This document shows, one piece after another, positions 1 to 14,762 of a DNA stretch of 64,000 nucleotides. Below the pieces are notes generated by a model that saw only the letters and a program-made list of their open reading frames with translations, did not search any database and was not told where the DNA came from. This DNA is from Eledone cirrhosa (Eukaryota). A program made the position numbers and the translations under genes. The stretch is taken from NCBI GenBank assembly GCA_964016885.1, contig OZ024766.1:10602001-10666000 (forward strand), in the 5' to 3' direction. The first letter of the stretch is position 1, and each line of letters starts with the position of its first letter.

Positions 1-885
1 GCTGTGACCTCTTCAGGCAGTTTGAATTAGTATGGTATAGACAAGTACATATGTTGTTTAGGTGTATGATATTGTCAATACTCTGATATGCCCAGTTCCT
101 TGCTGGGTTGTTAATTCACTGGGGAACTGGAGTCATATGAATTCAAACAAACGAATTTTCGTGTCACAGGTCCCCTGCCACCACCACTACGATGGTGGCG
201 AGTGGGATGAAGAGAAAACACAAACTGAATACTTCTAAATTGTTAGCAGCAGCAAGGTATAAGCTGACCACTACAACAACAACAGTACCAAAATAATGGT
301 GGAGGTCAAATGTACTGAACAATAGCAGGCATAAACACTACAGGGAGCCTCACCCCAGAAAGAATTCTATAGACTTCTGACTGAGGAATGCTCTCAGAAC
401 TGAACAATGGGAAGTTTGACACATTTTTTGATATTTTGTTCCTTCAACACCTTGTCCCTTCTACCATTTTATCAATTTTTAAGCTAACTCCAACAATGAC
501 AACACTAATAACTGACCAATGAGAGGAGAAGGGGACCAGTGACACGAAAATTCGTTTGTTTGAATTCATATGACTCCAGTTCCCCAGTGAATTAACAACC
601 CAGCAAGGAACTGGGCATATCAGAGTATTGACAATATCATACACCTAAACAACATATGTACTTGTCTATACCATACTAATTCAAACTGCCTGAAGAGGTC
701 ACAGCCAAAGATGGCTGTCACTGAAATATATATAGCAGTAATAAACGAAGCTAAATTTTAATCATTTGACTTTTATTTAACTTTATTTTACACTACTCCG
801 GAGTAACCAAACCAACCTGCGCACTTCGTCGAGTGCTCCAGCCTGCATACTGAGGTGTTGGTATACAACCAACATAAACTCAAAA
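1..885 (+). mobile_element. Penelope-like remnant with inverted duplication (1-170 vs about 535-705), family A; second fragment at about 1671-2090
   Basis: Near-perfect inverted arms, hammerhead, AATAAA after the cleavage site, ends in (TA)n. Confidence 0.65.
685..739 (+). ncRNA. Type I hammerhead ribozyme motif, family A
   Basis: ACTGC-CTGAAGA-GGTC ACAGCC aaagat GGCTGT CACT-GAAA-TATATA-TA-GCAGT: stem I ACTGC/GCAGT, intact core, palindromic minimal stem III. Confidence 0.85.
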
Positions 886-1049
886 TCTCTCTATATATAT
901 ATATATATATAGGAACGAGCCGTTTCGACGGCTAATTCTGGACTTAAAAAAAAAAAAAAAAATCGTTCCTATTACCCACTCTACTAACCTAAGTATTGAG
1001 TACTTTGGTGCGTTATGGTTCCATCTGGTTCCTTACCACATTTCCTTCG

Positions 1050-1105
<56 letters not shown>

Positions 1106-1110
<5 letters not shown>

Positions 1111-1360
1111 AGCTTTCACCGTATTTTTTACTAAAGGAATTTTAGCCTGATAATGGGGTTTAGAACCCCATTATCAGGCTTATCTGAGGGTTCTAAACCC
1201 CATTATCAGGCTTATCTGAGGGTTCTAAACCCCATTATCAGGCTTATCTGAGGGTTCTAAACCCCATTTTCAGGCTAAAATTCCTTTAGTCAAAAATACG
1301 GTGAAAGCTATTCTATTTTCTAATTTCAAAACCTGGTCACTGTTTCAAAACATACTTACT

Positions 1361-1362
<2 letters not shown>
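1106..1362. mobile_element. Fold-back element in (TA)n with three internal 32-bp tandem units
   Basis: Arms at about 1106-1168 and 1252-1314 are inverted repeats; CATTATCAGGCTTATCTGAGGGTTCTAAACCC x3 at 1169-1264. Confidence 0.6.
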
Positions 1363-1412
<50 letters not shown>

Positions 1413-1498
1413 GTAGGTCCCGGGTTGAGTCGAGGATAACCACAGTAAGTAAGGTACTCAATACATGGCAGAGTAACATTTTTTTATTTTATAGAAGC

Positions 1499-1549
1499 AA
1501 CTTCTACAGGACTAGTACTGTTTCATTCAGATGAAATCTTCAGGAAGCT
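1499..1549 (-). ncRNA. Hammerhead motif, family B, inverted arm
   Basis: Reverse complement reads AGCTTC-CTGAAGA-TTTC ATCT GAAT-GAAA-CAG TACTAGTC CTG-TA-GAAGTT. Confidence 0.75.
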
Positions 1550-1584
1550 GGGTGTCATATTAAGTTCTAGTATTTATGACACCC

Positions 1585-1635
1585 AGCTTCCTGAAGATTT
1601 CATCTGAATGAAACAGTACTAGTCCTGTAGAAGTT
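1585..1635 (+). ncRNA. Hammerhead motif, family B
   Basis: AGCTTC-CTGAAGA-TTTCATCTGAAT-GAAA-CAG(TACTAGTC)CTG-TA-GAAGTT; GUA cleavage triplet, palindrome ACTAGT in loop 3. Confidence 0.75.
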
Positions 1636-1784
1636 CCTTCTATAAAATAAAAAAAAATATATATATATATATGATTCCAGTTCCTCAGAGCAATAACAAC
1701 CCAAACAGGAACTGGGCATATCGGAGTATTGACGGAGTTAAACACCCCAACAACATATGTACTCGTCTCACCACATCAATTCGG

Positions 1785-1839
1785 ACTGCCTGAAGAGGTC
1801 ACAGCCAAAGATGGCTGTCACCGAAATATATATAGCAGT
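1785..1839 (+). ncRNA. Type I hammerhead ribozyme motif, family A, second copy
   Basis: Same as 685-739 but with GG/CC closing stem II. A third, window-truncated copy lies at 1-21 on the minus strand. Confidence 0.87.
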
Positions 1840-2090
1840 AATAAACGAAGTCAAATTTTAAATATTTGACTTATTTATTTTATTTTATATATTTTTAACC
1901 TGTTAGTTTTTTCGTTACTTTGGTATTGTGTGTTAGGTTTTGCCTACCACAATGTTCAATTTGTCAAGCTATTTAAACGTATGTTATTACTCTAAGGACT
2001 TACCCTTATTGAGTGCTTTGCTAACTCATTCATATTGTAGGTCGACTTTGCTTGCCCACAGCCAAAGCTTCGATTTTACTAAGCTTCCAC

Positions 2091-2124
<34 letters not shown>

Positions 2125-2128
<4 letters not shown>

Positions 2129-2325
2129 ATAATAATAAATTTGAAGACTAAAATCCAAAGAGGGCTCGATAAGGATAAATATATATCAAATATATAAGAA
2201 CCGTAGAGCAAATATTTAAAGTTTAAGCAAAGAATCGCTGCTTTCACCCTTAAGTTTCAGAAGATCCCGTTAAGGGTGAAAGCAACGATTCTTTGCTTAA
2301 ACTTTAATCTGTTATTTTAATAAAT
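2125..2325. mobile_element. Family D fold-back element; other copies at 14910-15090, 28241-28470 and 44440-44718
   Basis: All four copies begin AGTAATAATAATAAA(T/A)TTGAAGACTAAAATCC and end ATCTGTTATTTTAATAAAT, with (TA)n on both sides. Confidence 0.85.
2253..2303 (+). ncRNA. Hammerhead-like motif, family D, CAGAAGA core variant
   Basis: AGTTT-CAGAAGA-TCCC GTTAA GGGT-GAAA-GCA...TGC-TT-AAACT. Confidence 0.55.
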
Positions 2326-2347
2326 ATATATATATATATATATATAT

Positions 2348-2538
2348 AGGAACGAGTAGGACCCCAACGGCTGAGCTCAAGCCGTTTCGACGGCTAATTC
2401 TAGTCCAGAATTAGCCGCCGAAACGGCTTGAGCTCAGCCGTCGGGGTCCTACTCGTTCCTATTACCCACTTTACTACCCTAAGTATTGAGTACTTTGGTG
2501 CGTTATGGTCCATCTGGTTCCTTACCACATTTCCTTCG

Positions 2539-2574
<36 letters not shown>

Positions 2575-2662
2575 CGAAGGAAATGTGGTAAGGAACCAGG
2601 TGGACCAAAACGCACCAAAGTACTCAATACTTGAGGTAGTAGAGTGGGTAATAGGAACCAGT
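2348..2662. mobile_element. Family E short element (ACGAAGGAAATGTGGTAAGGAACCAG...GACCCCGACGGC); other copies at about 911-1030, 16451-16580, 16776-16915, 18313-18421, 20941-21056, 21175-21307, 27236-27312 and 42759-42812
   Basis: Dispersed near-identical copies, often palindromic, always abutting (TA)n. Most carry a hammerhead 3' half GAAA-CGGC..GCCG-TC. Confidence 0.85.
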
Positions 2663-2935
2663 AAATATATATATATATATAGGATAACAAGTTATCCTTT
2701 AAGGTAATCCAGTTAGAGGTTGTGAGTAATCTGTACTCTGAATAGTTTTAACGTACGGCGTTGTTTGACTCAACAAAAAGCTTCCTTAGTTAGGTGGCGA
2801 GTTTACGAGAATTCCCATGTAGGAGACCCTTAGAGTAATAATAGAGAAAGAGTGAAGAGTAACATGGTCGGCTGTACAACAAGGGTTTTTATTTCACAAA
2901 CAGCCGACCATGTTATTCTTCAATCTTTCCCTATA

Positions 2936-3029
<94 letters not shown>

Positions 3030-3100
3030 TTTTGCATAGATACGACTATATATATATATGTGTGTATATATATATGCATACATATATTTTGCATAGATAC

Positions 3101-3157
<57 letters not shown>

Positions 3158-3402
3158 TTTTGCATAGATACGACTATATATATATATACATTCGTACACA
3201 CATATATATATATATATACATTCACACACACACACATATATATATCTAACATTCATACATATATATATATATGCATGTATATATATATATACATACATAT
3301 ATATATGCATGTATATATATATACATTCACACACAGAGACACACACACACACATATATATTATATATATATATATACAAATACTTATTCATACTAGCGAA
3401 TA

Positions 3403-3483
<81 letters not shown>

Positions 3484-3504
3484 ATATATTTGCAAATATA
3501 TAGG

Positions 3505-3765
3505 CATATAGATAATACAATATATTATCAAATGGAAACTATATTTATAAAACCATATTTATTTCATTATACATATTTCAAGGGCAACCAAGGCAAACTA
3601 TGGTGCGCTATCATCAGATAAAATATAATATAGGTTAGTTTTATAAATAAAGATTGGCATACCCTGAAAAATGCAACCAAAAATACAATAATTTGTTGAG
3701 TGCTTTATATCAGTTATATAAACATATTTTGCTTGTTGTATCCCAACAAATTATATATAACCTCT
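3505..3765 (-). mobile_element. Family C hammerhead element; related copy at 19022-19272 in the opposite orientation
   Basis: Colinear similarity of the two copies (ATGGAAACTATATTTATAAAACCATATTTATTT; TTGAGTGCT). Confidence 0.7.
3560..3625 (-). ncRNA. Hammerhead motif, family C
   Basis: Reverse complement: TATTTTAT-CTGATGA-long imperfect stem II-GAAA-TATGTA-TA-ATGAAATA. Confidence 0.78.
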
Positions 3766-3777
3766 ACATATATATAC

Positions 3778-3811
<34 letters not shown>

Positions 3812-3913
3812 TTTTTACTACCTGGAGTTGCGACCGATAGATAGTACTAGCAATTGGAAATACCAATGGAAACATTGTTTCCTCGGTCCGATTTGACGAA
3901 AGTCGATCGACTG

Positions 3914-3965
<52 letters not shown>

Positions 3966-4234
3966 CAGTCGATCGACTTTCGTCAAATATACATATATAT
4001 ATACGCATATAAACATATATATGCATATATATATATATACATATATGCATATATATCTATATCTATCTATCTATCTATATATATATATATACACACATAT
4101 ATATATATATATAAACACACACAGACACACATATATTTACATGGTCATATATATATACATCTATATATATATATATACACATATACATATATATAAATTT
4201 ATAAATATATATGTATATATATATAAACATACAT

Positions 4235-4287
<53 letters not shown>

Positions 4288-4294
4288 AACATAC

Positions 4295-4325
<31 letters not shown>

Positions 4326-4332
4326 AACATAC

Positions 4333-4363
<31 letters not shown>

Positions 4364-4472
4364 AACATACATATACATACATATATATATACATACATAT
4401 ATATATATAAACATACATATATATATACATAAATATATATATATATACATAAATATATATATATATACATAA

Positions 4473-4536
<64 letters not shown>

Positions 4537-4601
4537 ATATATATATATACATATATATATATACATATATATAAGGGTTAAAATACTGGAGTGTGTTGGA
4601 G

Positions 4602-4695
<94 letters not shown>

Positions 4696-4722
4696 CATAT
4701 ATATAAATATATATATATATAA

Positions 4723-4753
<31 letters not shown>

Positions 4754-4829
4754 AATTTATATACATGTATATAAATATATATATATATCTGTCCATAAAT
4801 TTATATTTATATATATACACACACACACA

Positions 4830-4864
<35 letters not shown>

Positions 4865-4904
4865 TTGCATATATATGTATATATATATACATTTTTGTAT
4901 ATAT

Positions 4905-4964
<60 letters not shown>

Positions 4965-5155
4965 ATATATATATATATATAGATATATATATATATATGT
5001 ATATATATTTCATGTGAACATATATATTTATATAAGCATGATTATAGAAATATGTATTTGCATAAGTTTCATAAAATTCTCATAAGATGGTTGTAACGTG
5101 ACATTCGTGCAGGATTTTTCGCTCAAGATGGCGACCATAACATCGATAATGATAA

Positions 5156-5214
<59 letters not shown>

Positions 5215-5411
5215 TCTTTTTTATTTATCTCTCTCTCTCTTTCTTTCTCTTGCTCCCTCTTTTTCTCTTTCTCTTTCTGTCAATATATGTGTGTGTGTGT
5301 TTATATATATATATATGTGTGTGTGTATATATATATATGTGTGTGTGTCTCTCTGTATATATATATATGTGTGTGTGTTTATATATATATATATATATAT
5401 GTGTCTATCTA

Positions 5412-5443
<32 letters not shown>

Positions 5444-5460
5444 CATACACAAACACACAC

Positions 5461-5491
<31 letters not shown>

Positions 5492-5508
5492 TATATATAT
5501 ATACAGAG

Positions 5509-5559
<51 letters not shown>

Positions 5560-5754
5560 TATATACACACACACATATATATATATACACACACACACAC
5601 ACATATATATACACACACACATATATATATATATATACACATATATAATCAATGTTTGTGATGATGATAATGATTAAGATGATGATGATGGTGATTTTTA
5701 TTACAATGTAGATGATATATATATATAATGTATATATATATATATGTATATATA

Positions 5755-5811
<57 letters not shown>

Positions 5812-5820
5812 AACACTTAC

Positions 5821-5887
5821 CTTTATATCTTATATTGCTCAACTCTTTCGCTATGACCTCGAATTCTGGATTGATGACGTCACTGAC
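5821..5887 (-). CDS. CA10: CARP internal exon D: [22 protein letters not shown](G)
   Basis: CAG acceptor, GTAAGT donor; 67 bp, phase 0 to 1. Matches the CARP segment VSDxxNPx...IxYK and follows exon C in order and frame. Confidence 0.88.
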
Positions 5888-5949
5888 CTGCGAATTGGAA
5901 AAGCCATATATATATATATATACATACATACACACACATATATATAATG

Positions 5950-5983
<34 letters not shown>

Positions 5984-6362
5984 TGTATATGTATATATGT
6001 ATATGTATATATACATATATGTATATGTATATATACATATATACATATATGTATATGTATATATACATACATACATACATACACACACGTATATAATGTA
6101 TATATACATATATGTATATGTATATATGTACATGTATATATATATATCTACATATCTACATATATACATATATATATCTACATATCTACATATATATATA
6201 TATTTGTGAAAATATATGTGTGTATGTGTATATGTTTGTATTCACATAAATATACATAAATGCATGTGTATATAATGTATATATATATATATATATATAA
6301 TGTATATATATATATATGTAAATGACTATATCCATATAAAGACACACATATATATTGTTGCT

Positions 6363-6386
<24 letters not shown>

Positions 6387-6398
<12 letters not shown>

Positions 6399-6483
6399 AA
6401 CTCACACAACTACACGTATGTATATACATATATATATATATATACACACACACAAACTCACACAACTACACGTACGTATATAC

Positions 6484-6514
<31 letters not shown>

Positions 6515-6536
6515 TACTCACACAACTACACGTACG

Positions 6537-6584
<48 letters not shown>

Positions 6585-6606
6585 AACACACACAACTACA
6601 CGTACG

Positions 6607-6646
<40 letters not shown>

Positions 6647-6674
6647 CACACAAACACACACAACTACACGTACG

Positions 6675-6706
<32 letters not shown>

Positions 6707-6733
6707 CACACACACAAACTCACACAACTACAC

Positions 6734-6790
<57 letters not shown>

Positions 6791-6812
6791 AACACACACA
6801 ACTACACGTACG

Positions 6813-6844
<32 letters not shown>

Positions 6845-6936
6845 CACACACACAAACACACACAACTACACGTACGTATATACATACATATATATATATA
6901 TATACACACACACATACTCACACAACTACACGTACG

Positions 6937-6978
<42 letters not shown>

Positions 6979-7000
6979 AACACACACAACTACACGTACG

Positions 7001-7040
<40 letters not shown>

Positions 7041-7292
7041 CACACAAACTCACACAACTACACGTACGTATATACATATATATATATATACACACACACA
7101 AACACACACAACTACAGGTACGTATATACATATAAATATATATATATACACACACACATACTCACACAACTACACGTACGTATATACATATATATATATA
7201 CACACACACACATACTCACACAACTACACGTACGTATATACATATATATATATATATATACACACACACAAACTCACACAACTACACGTATG

Positions 7293-7344
<52 letters not shown>

Positions 7345-7578
7345 AACTCACACAACTACCCGTGTGTATATATATATATATATACACACACACAAACACA
7401 CACAACTACACGTACGTATATACATATATATATATATATATACACACACACAAACTCACACAACTACACGTACGTATATACATATATATATATATATATA
7501 CACACACAACTAAACGTATGTATATACATATATATATATATATATACACACACACAAACTCACACAACTACACGTACG

Positions 7579-7618
<40 letters not shown>

Positions 7619-7646
7619 CACACAAACTCACACAACTACACGTACG

Positions 7647-7680
<34 letters not shown>

Positions 7681-7763
7681 CACACACACAAACACACACA
7701 ACTACACGTACGTATATACATATATATATATATACACACACACACAAACTCACACAACTACAC

Positions 7764-7822
<59 letters not shown>

Positions 7823-7844
7823 AACTCACACAACTACACGTATG

Positions 7845-7892
<48 letters not shown>

Positions 7893-7970
7893 AACTCACA
7901 CAACTACACGTATGTATATACATATATATATATATATACACACACACAAACTCACACAACTACACGTGTG

Positions 7971-8018
<48 letters not shown>

Positions 8019-8207
8019 ACTACACGTACGTATATACATACATATATATATATATACACACACACACAAACTCACACAACTACACGTACGTATATACATA
8101 TATATATATACACACACACAAACTCACACAACTACCCGTATGTACGTATATACATATATATATATATACACACACACAAACACACACAACTACACGTACG
8201 TATATAC

Positions 8208-8240
<33 letters not shown>

Positions 8241-8262
8241 TACTCACACAACTACACGTACG

Positions 8263-8310
<48 letters not shown>

Positions 8311-8451
8311 AACTCACACAACTACACGTATGTATATATATATATATATATACACATATATATATATATATACACACACACAAACTCACACAACTACCCG
8401 TGTGTATATATATATATATATATACACACACACAAACTCACACAACTACCC

Positions 8452-8492
<41 letters not shown>

Positions 8493-8577
8493 CACACACA
8501 CAAACACACACAACTACAGGTACGTATATACATATAAATATATATATATACACACACACAAACTCACACAACTACAC

Positions 8578-8632
<55 letters not shown>

Positions 8633-8800
8633 AACTCACACAACTACACGTATGTATATATATATATATATACACATATATATATATATATATACACACA
8701 CACAAACACACACAACTACACGTACGTATATATATATATATACATACATATATATATATATACACACACACAAACTCACACAACTACCCGTGTGTATATA
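6387..8800. repeat. Compound minisatellite (CA)n-AACTCACACAACTACACGTACG-(TA)n, about 50-70 bp units, roughly 40 copies
   Basis: Recurrent CACAACTACACGTACG core separated by variable (TA)n. Confidence 0.9.
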
Positions 8801-8967
8801 TATCGGTTGCTTACTGATATACGACATATTAAGATCATTATGATGAAAGGCGTTCACATATAACATAATGGAAGATGTTTAATAAATGAAATGTAGATAG
8901 AGAGATGAGACAGATAGATATGTGTCTGTGTGTATATATACACACACATAGATAGACACATATATAT

Positions 8968-9000
<33 letters not shown>

Positions 9001-9007
9001 CCCACAC

Positions 9008-9042
<35 letters not shown>

Positions 9043-9089
9043 TATATATACACACACATATATATATACACACACACATATATACACAC

Positions 9090-9137
<48 letters not shown>

Positions 9138-9138
<1 letters not shown>

Positions 9139-9515
9139 TGTTTCTTTATTAGCCACAAGGGCGCACAAGAAAAGGGGCCAATACAAAGACATGCCGGGGA
9201 TTTTACATACAGTCGTGTAAAAAATATAAAAACAAACAATTACAACAATCGAATCCCCAATAGGGGGGAGGAGGCGCCACAAATGGGTTGTTTAATACCC
9301 CGTCGATAGAACCCTCAACTTCAGGAGTGTGTTGTGCAAGTGCTCCTTTCTTCCTTTTGCTCTCTTCCTCAACCTACAGGTTTATAAACAGAGAAGGCCC
9401 AATCACTCAGGCCATTTTCGCTTCATTCACCCACCTTTCAGTAAATTTACTGGGGTGCAGTGCCTCTCTCTCCACCCTGATTCTCCTTCTAAAGTGATAC
9501 TTAAAGAAGGGAATC

Positions 9516-9553
<38 letters not shown>

Positions 9554-9738
9554 ATAGATAGATGAGATAGATAGATAGATAGATAGATATATTTCTTTAT
9601 TAGCCACAGGGGCACAAAAGAAGGGGACAAATACAAAGGGGGAAGTTTACATACAATAAAAACGTGTAAAATGTTATCACAGATGGAATTTAAAAGTTAG
9701 TCGATTTTCCCCTAGATAGATAAATAGATAGATGAGAC

Positions 9739-9779
<41 letters not shown>

Positions 9780-9893
9780 TGTTTCTTTATTAGCCAGAGG
9801 GACACAAAAGAAGGGGACAAATACAAAGGGGGATGTTTACATACAATAAAAACGTGTAAAACACTATCACAAATGCAATTTGAAAATTAATCG
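9138..9893 (-). mobile_element. Three tandem 3' fragments of Tx1/L1-like LINEs in (GATA)n (about 9138-9516, 9590-9712, 9779-9893)
   Basis: Reverse complements of the 3' ends at 38130-38510 and 39305-39432; each ends GGCTAATAAAGAAA followed by (TATC)n. Confidence 0.85.
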
Positions 9894-9910
9894 ATAGATA
9901 GATTGCTAGG

Positions 9911-9953
<43 letters not shown>

Positions 9954-9955
9954 GT

Positions 9956-10006
<51 letters not shown>

Positions 10007-10049
10007 GATATATAGGTAGATAGGTATATAGATAGATAGATAGACACAG

Positions 10050-10081
<32 letters not shown>

Positions 10082-10182
10082 ACTGAGAGAGTCAGGCAGA
10101 TATATAGTGAATAAATGAGAGAGCGAGAGAGAGAGAGAGCGAGAGAGAGATGGAGTTTAAGAGAAAGTAATATATCTATATA

Positions 10183-10563
10183 TCTTTATATATATAAAAG
10201 CGAGGATGTGTGTGTGTCTGTGTACAACTTTGGGTACCTAAGGCTTTTACAATTACCAACCGAATTTGACCAAATTTTCTGTGCATGTTGCAAATGTCGC
10301 TAAGATGGTCACATCACAAAAACTTTTCCAATCGACCCACGTTGAGCAATAAAAAATCGATATCAAAATTATCGGTAAAGGAGGTAACCAACGTTATTGA
10401 CAATCCTTATAAAAAAAGGGAGATAACCAACTTTATTGACAATCCTTATAAAGAGACTGCTTATTTTGACGGGTTGGGGACAAATAATGTTCTTCTTTTA
10501 CTTCCTAGCTGTATATTCTTAGCATAATTTCAAACCCCGAGCAACGCCGGGTAAATCTGCTAG
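10183..10563 (+). mobile_element. Non-autonomous Helitron
   Basis: 5' A|TCTTTATATATATAAAAG, subterminal hairpin CCCGAGCAACGCCGGG, 3' CTAG|T, no target-site duplication. Confidence 0.8.
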
Positions 10564-10588
10564 TATATATATATATACACACACACAC

Positions 10589-10638
<50 letters not shown>

Positions 10639-10769
10639 TTATTCCTGGTTCAATCGGAGGTAACCACAGTAAGTAAGGTACTCAATACATAGCAGAGTGT
10701 ATAAGTTTTAATATAGAAGAGCTTCTACAGGACTAGAACTGTTTTATTCGTAAGAAATCATCAGGGAGA

Positions 10770-10817
10770 TCCCTGATGATTTCTCACGAATGAAACAGTT
10801 CTAGTCCTGTAGAAGCT
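10770..10817 (+). ncRNA. Hammerhead motif, family B, stem I truncated by the inversion
   Basis: CTGATGA-TTTCTCACGAAT-GAAA-CAG TTCTAGTC CTG-TA-GAAGCT. The inverted partner at about 10720-10768 has GAAA changed to AAAA. Confidence 0.6.
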
Positions 10818-10827
10818 CTTCTCTATT

Positions 10828-10895
<68 letters not shown>

Positions 10896-11267
10896 ATTAG
10901 TGAATGAAACAGAAAGGCAGATATATAGAGAATGAGATAGAGAGAGAGAGAAAGATTGGCATATATATATATATATGTGTGTGTGTGTGTATATATAGAC
11001 AGAGAGAGAGGGAGAGGGGGAGAGGGGGAGATAGGGGAGAGGGGGAGAGGGAGAGGGGGAGAGAGAGAGAAAGAATGGCATATATATATATGTGTGTGTG
11101 TGTATATATAGAGACAGAGAGAGGGAGAGGGGGAGAGAGAGAGAAAGAGAGAGAGAGAGAAAGATTGGCATATATATATTTATATATGTGTGTGTGTGTG
11201 TGTATATATATAGACAGAGAGAGAGAGAGGGAGAGGGGGAGAGAGAGAGAGAGGGAGAGATAAAGAT

Positions 11268-11298
<31 letters not shown>

Positions 11299-11309
11299 AT
11301 GTGTGTGTG

Positions 11310-11925
11310 TATATAGTCAGAGAGAGGGAGAGGGAGTGAGAGAGAGAGGGAGAGGGAGTGAGAAAGAGAGAGAGAGGGAGTGAGAAAGAGAGAGAGAGGG
11401 AGAGGGAGTGAGAAAGAGAGAGGGAGAGGGAGTGAGAAAGAGAGAGAGAGGGAGAGGGAGTGAGAGAGAGAGGGAGAGGGAGTGAGAAAGAGAGAGAGAG
11501 GGAGAGGGAGTGAGAAAGAGAGAGAGAGGGAGAGGGAGTGAGAAAGAGAGAGGGAGAGGGAGTGAGAAAGAGAGAGAGAGGGAGAGGGAGAGAGAAAGAG
11601 AGAGGGAGAGGGAGTGAGAAAGAGAGAGAGAGGAAGAGGGAGTGAGAAAGAGAGAGGGAGAGGGAGTGAGAAAGAGAGAGAGAGGGAGTGAGAAAGAGAG
11701 AGGGAGAGGGAGTGAGAAAGAGAGAGGGAGAGGGAGTGAGAAAGAGAGATGGAGAGGGAGTGAGAAAGAGAGAGAGAGGGAGAGGGAGAGAGAAAGAGAG
11801 AGGGAGAGGGAGTGAGAAAGAGAGAGAGAGGGAGAGGGAGTGAGAAAGAGAGAGGGAGAGGGAGTGAGAAAGAGAAAGAGAGGGAGAGGGAGTGAGAAAG
11901 AGAGAGAGAGGGAGTGAGAAAGAGA
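11310..11925. repeat. Polypurine minisatellite (GAGAGGGAGAGGGAGTGAGAAA(GA)n), about 24-28 bp units
   Basis: Direct inspection. Confidence 0.9.
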
Positions 11926-12039
11926 GACAGTAGAAGGAGAACCTTTGCGAAGAATGAAGCGAATGGTGAATAGATCATGAAAGATTATGGAGGCAGTTTA
12001 AAGGTACAGATGTACGTATAAACACACACACACACACAC

Positions 12040-12125
<86 letters not shown>

Positions 12126-12173
12126 GTAACGAAGTCATCGGCAGGACCGATGTATCCACGTCCGTTTTCTCAT

Positions 12174-12214
<41 letters not shown>

Positions 12215-12314
12215 GGATTATATAAATACCTGAGTATGAATATATAATGCATAATTATATAAATTTCTAATCATATAAACTTTAATATATATAGAGATAT
12301 ACATGAATACAAAC

Positions 12315-12389
<75 letters not shown>

Positions 12390-12636
12390 TACATATATAT
12401 ATATAATGAAAAACAAGTTTGATATTAATGTAATTGAAAGATAAACGCCAAGATTAAAATTAAAAGATTCTTCATTAGAATCACGCTGAATAGGAAAGAG
12501 AGAGAGAGGGAGAGAGAGAGAGAGAGAGAGTGGGGGGGGGGGGAGAGATTAACGAGAGAGATAGAGATAGAGAATGAATAGAGAGAGAGAGAGAAAGCGA
12601 GAGAGTGAGGGATGGAGGGAAAGAGTGACAGAGAAG

Positions 12637-12729
<93 letters not shown>

Positions 12730-12779
12730 GAGAGTGAGAAAGAATAAGGGATAGATCGGTAGATAGATAGGAATTGATA

Positions 12780-12836
<57 letters not shown>

Positions 12837-12837
12837 G

Positions 12838-13101
<264 letters not shown>

Positions 13102-13613
13102 CGTATCTTTGTTGTACATAAAACGAACTTTAAAAAAAAATTACGCAACCGTAGCCGTGTATTTAGAAAGGATGTGAGCAAAATATTAAATAAATAAAAA
13201 TATATATAAAGTATATATAAAGTATGTATAAAATATAGCAAGCAGGGAATATACCTGAAAAGGATAAGACAAAAGCAAAAGCAACGTAAAACTCTTTTAG
13301 AAAAGTACGTTAAATAGCTTAACGCTGAATAGAAAAGAAAACAAATTTCCATAGGACAAAGTTATGTAAACAATAATTTTGAAATATAAATTAAATATAG
13401 AGTTATTATGTTAATTATAATTATAGGTTTATGATGTATGTTGATATAGCATGAATGGAAATAAGTTGTTGTTGTTATTGTTGTGGTGGTGGTTGTTGTT
13501 GTTGTTGTGGTTGTTATATAAATGGTGAAAGTATGTATGTTGTTAATTAGCGTTAAGATGTGTATATGTATACGTGCTTATATATATATATATACGTATA
13601 TATATATATATGT

Positions 13614-13694
<81 letters not shown>

Positions 13695-13786
13695 TATATA
13701 CATATACATATATATATACATATATATACGTATATATATATATGTATATTTATTTATAGGTATATATATACATATGCAGGTATCTT

Positions 13787-13827
<41 letters not shown>

Positions 13828-13833
13828 GTATAA

Positions 13834-13894
<61 letters not shown>

Positions 13895-14021
13895 TATATA
13901 TATAAATATAAATATATGAATATATATATATATATATATAAATATATATATATAAATATATATAAAAGACATTTTTTCCAATTCCACCCCGTCCGTCCCT
14001 TCAATCTATCTTATTTTTCAT

Positions 14022-14057
14022 TCTTTTGATGAAGAACTAGCATCCGAAACGTTAAGA
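14022..14057 (+). ncRNA. Degenerate minimal hammerhead (C3 to U)
   Basis: TCTT-TTGATGA-AGA ACTAGCA TCC-GAAA-CG-TT-AAGA; AACGTT palindromic stem III typical of PLE hammerheads. Confidence 0.5.
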
Positions 14058-14518
14058 CCTTATTCCTGCTATTTCAAGCGTTAACCTAATATATTCCTTC
14101 CATATACATGTATATATATAGTAATAATAATAGATGTTATTTTAATATATATATATATATATACATATATATAAATATACATATAAATATATATACATAT
14201 ATATATATATAAACGTGAACAAAAATACAACCCACCCACTCCACTTTAAAACACATTTAAGACAAATAAACAAATAAATGAATATATAAATATACACACA
14301 CATATATACATACACACACACATATATATACACATACATACACACACACATATTTATATAAACACACACATATACACATACACACACATATACATATACA
14401 CAAACACACACACACAGATATATATATATACATAACATATACATATATATACATACATACATACATACATATATATACACACACCCACACATATATATAT
14501 ACATAATATATACATACA

Positions 14519-14762
14519 TCATGATCAACGTTTAACGTCCGTGTTCCACGCTTGGGTTTGGACGGGGGTTTTCCCACTTGAGGCAAGAGTGATTGTCTTG
14601 CTCGTATAGGACTGTCTGGCGGGTTTTCTACAGCTGGATGCCCTTCCTAACACCAACCACATTTACAGTGTGGGGCTGGGAGGTTTTTACCGTGTTGCCT
14701 ACACGGCCACATTACAGCGTGGACTGTGTGTTTTTTTGTCGTGACACCTACACGATCTCATT
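14519..14762 (-). mobile_element. (GAT)n-tailed retroposon 3' end, probably RTE-related; other copies at 19283-19645 (-), 21520-21570 (-), 43775-43890 (+) and 43935-44410 (+)
   Basis: Shared GTTAGGAAGGGCATCCAGC...GGACGTTAAACGATGATG; internal unit of about 115 bp present 1-3 times. Confidence 0.75.

Larger units (their letters stand above)
1412..1650. mobile_element. Family B fold-back hammerhead element; second copy at 10637-10830
   Basis: Inverted arms around about 1565; shared terminus ..AACCACAGTAAGTAAGGTACTCAATAC; flanked by (TA)n. Confidence 0.75.

Noticed and set aside
480-600. Decayed GIY-YIG C-terminus upstream of the family A hammerhead (HENSFV*IHMTPVPQ*IN)
   Set aside because: Only a faint resemblance, with stops and a frameshift; needs tBLASTn or HMM support.
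1270-1315. Hammerhead in the 1106-1362 element (GAAAGCTA)
   Set aside because: No recognisable CUGANGA or stem I.
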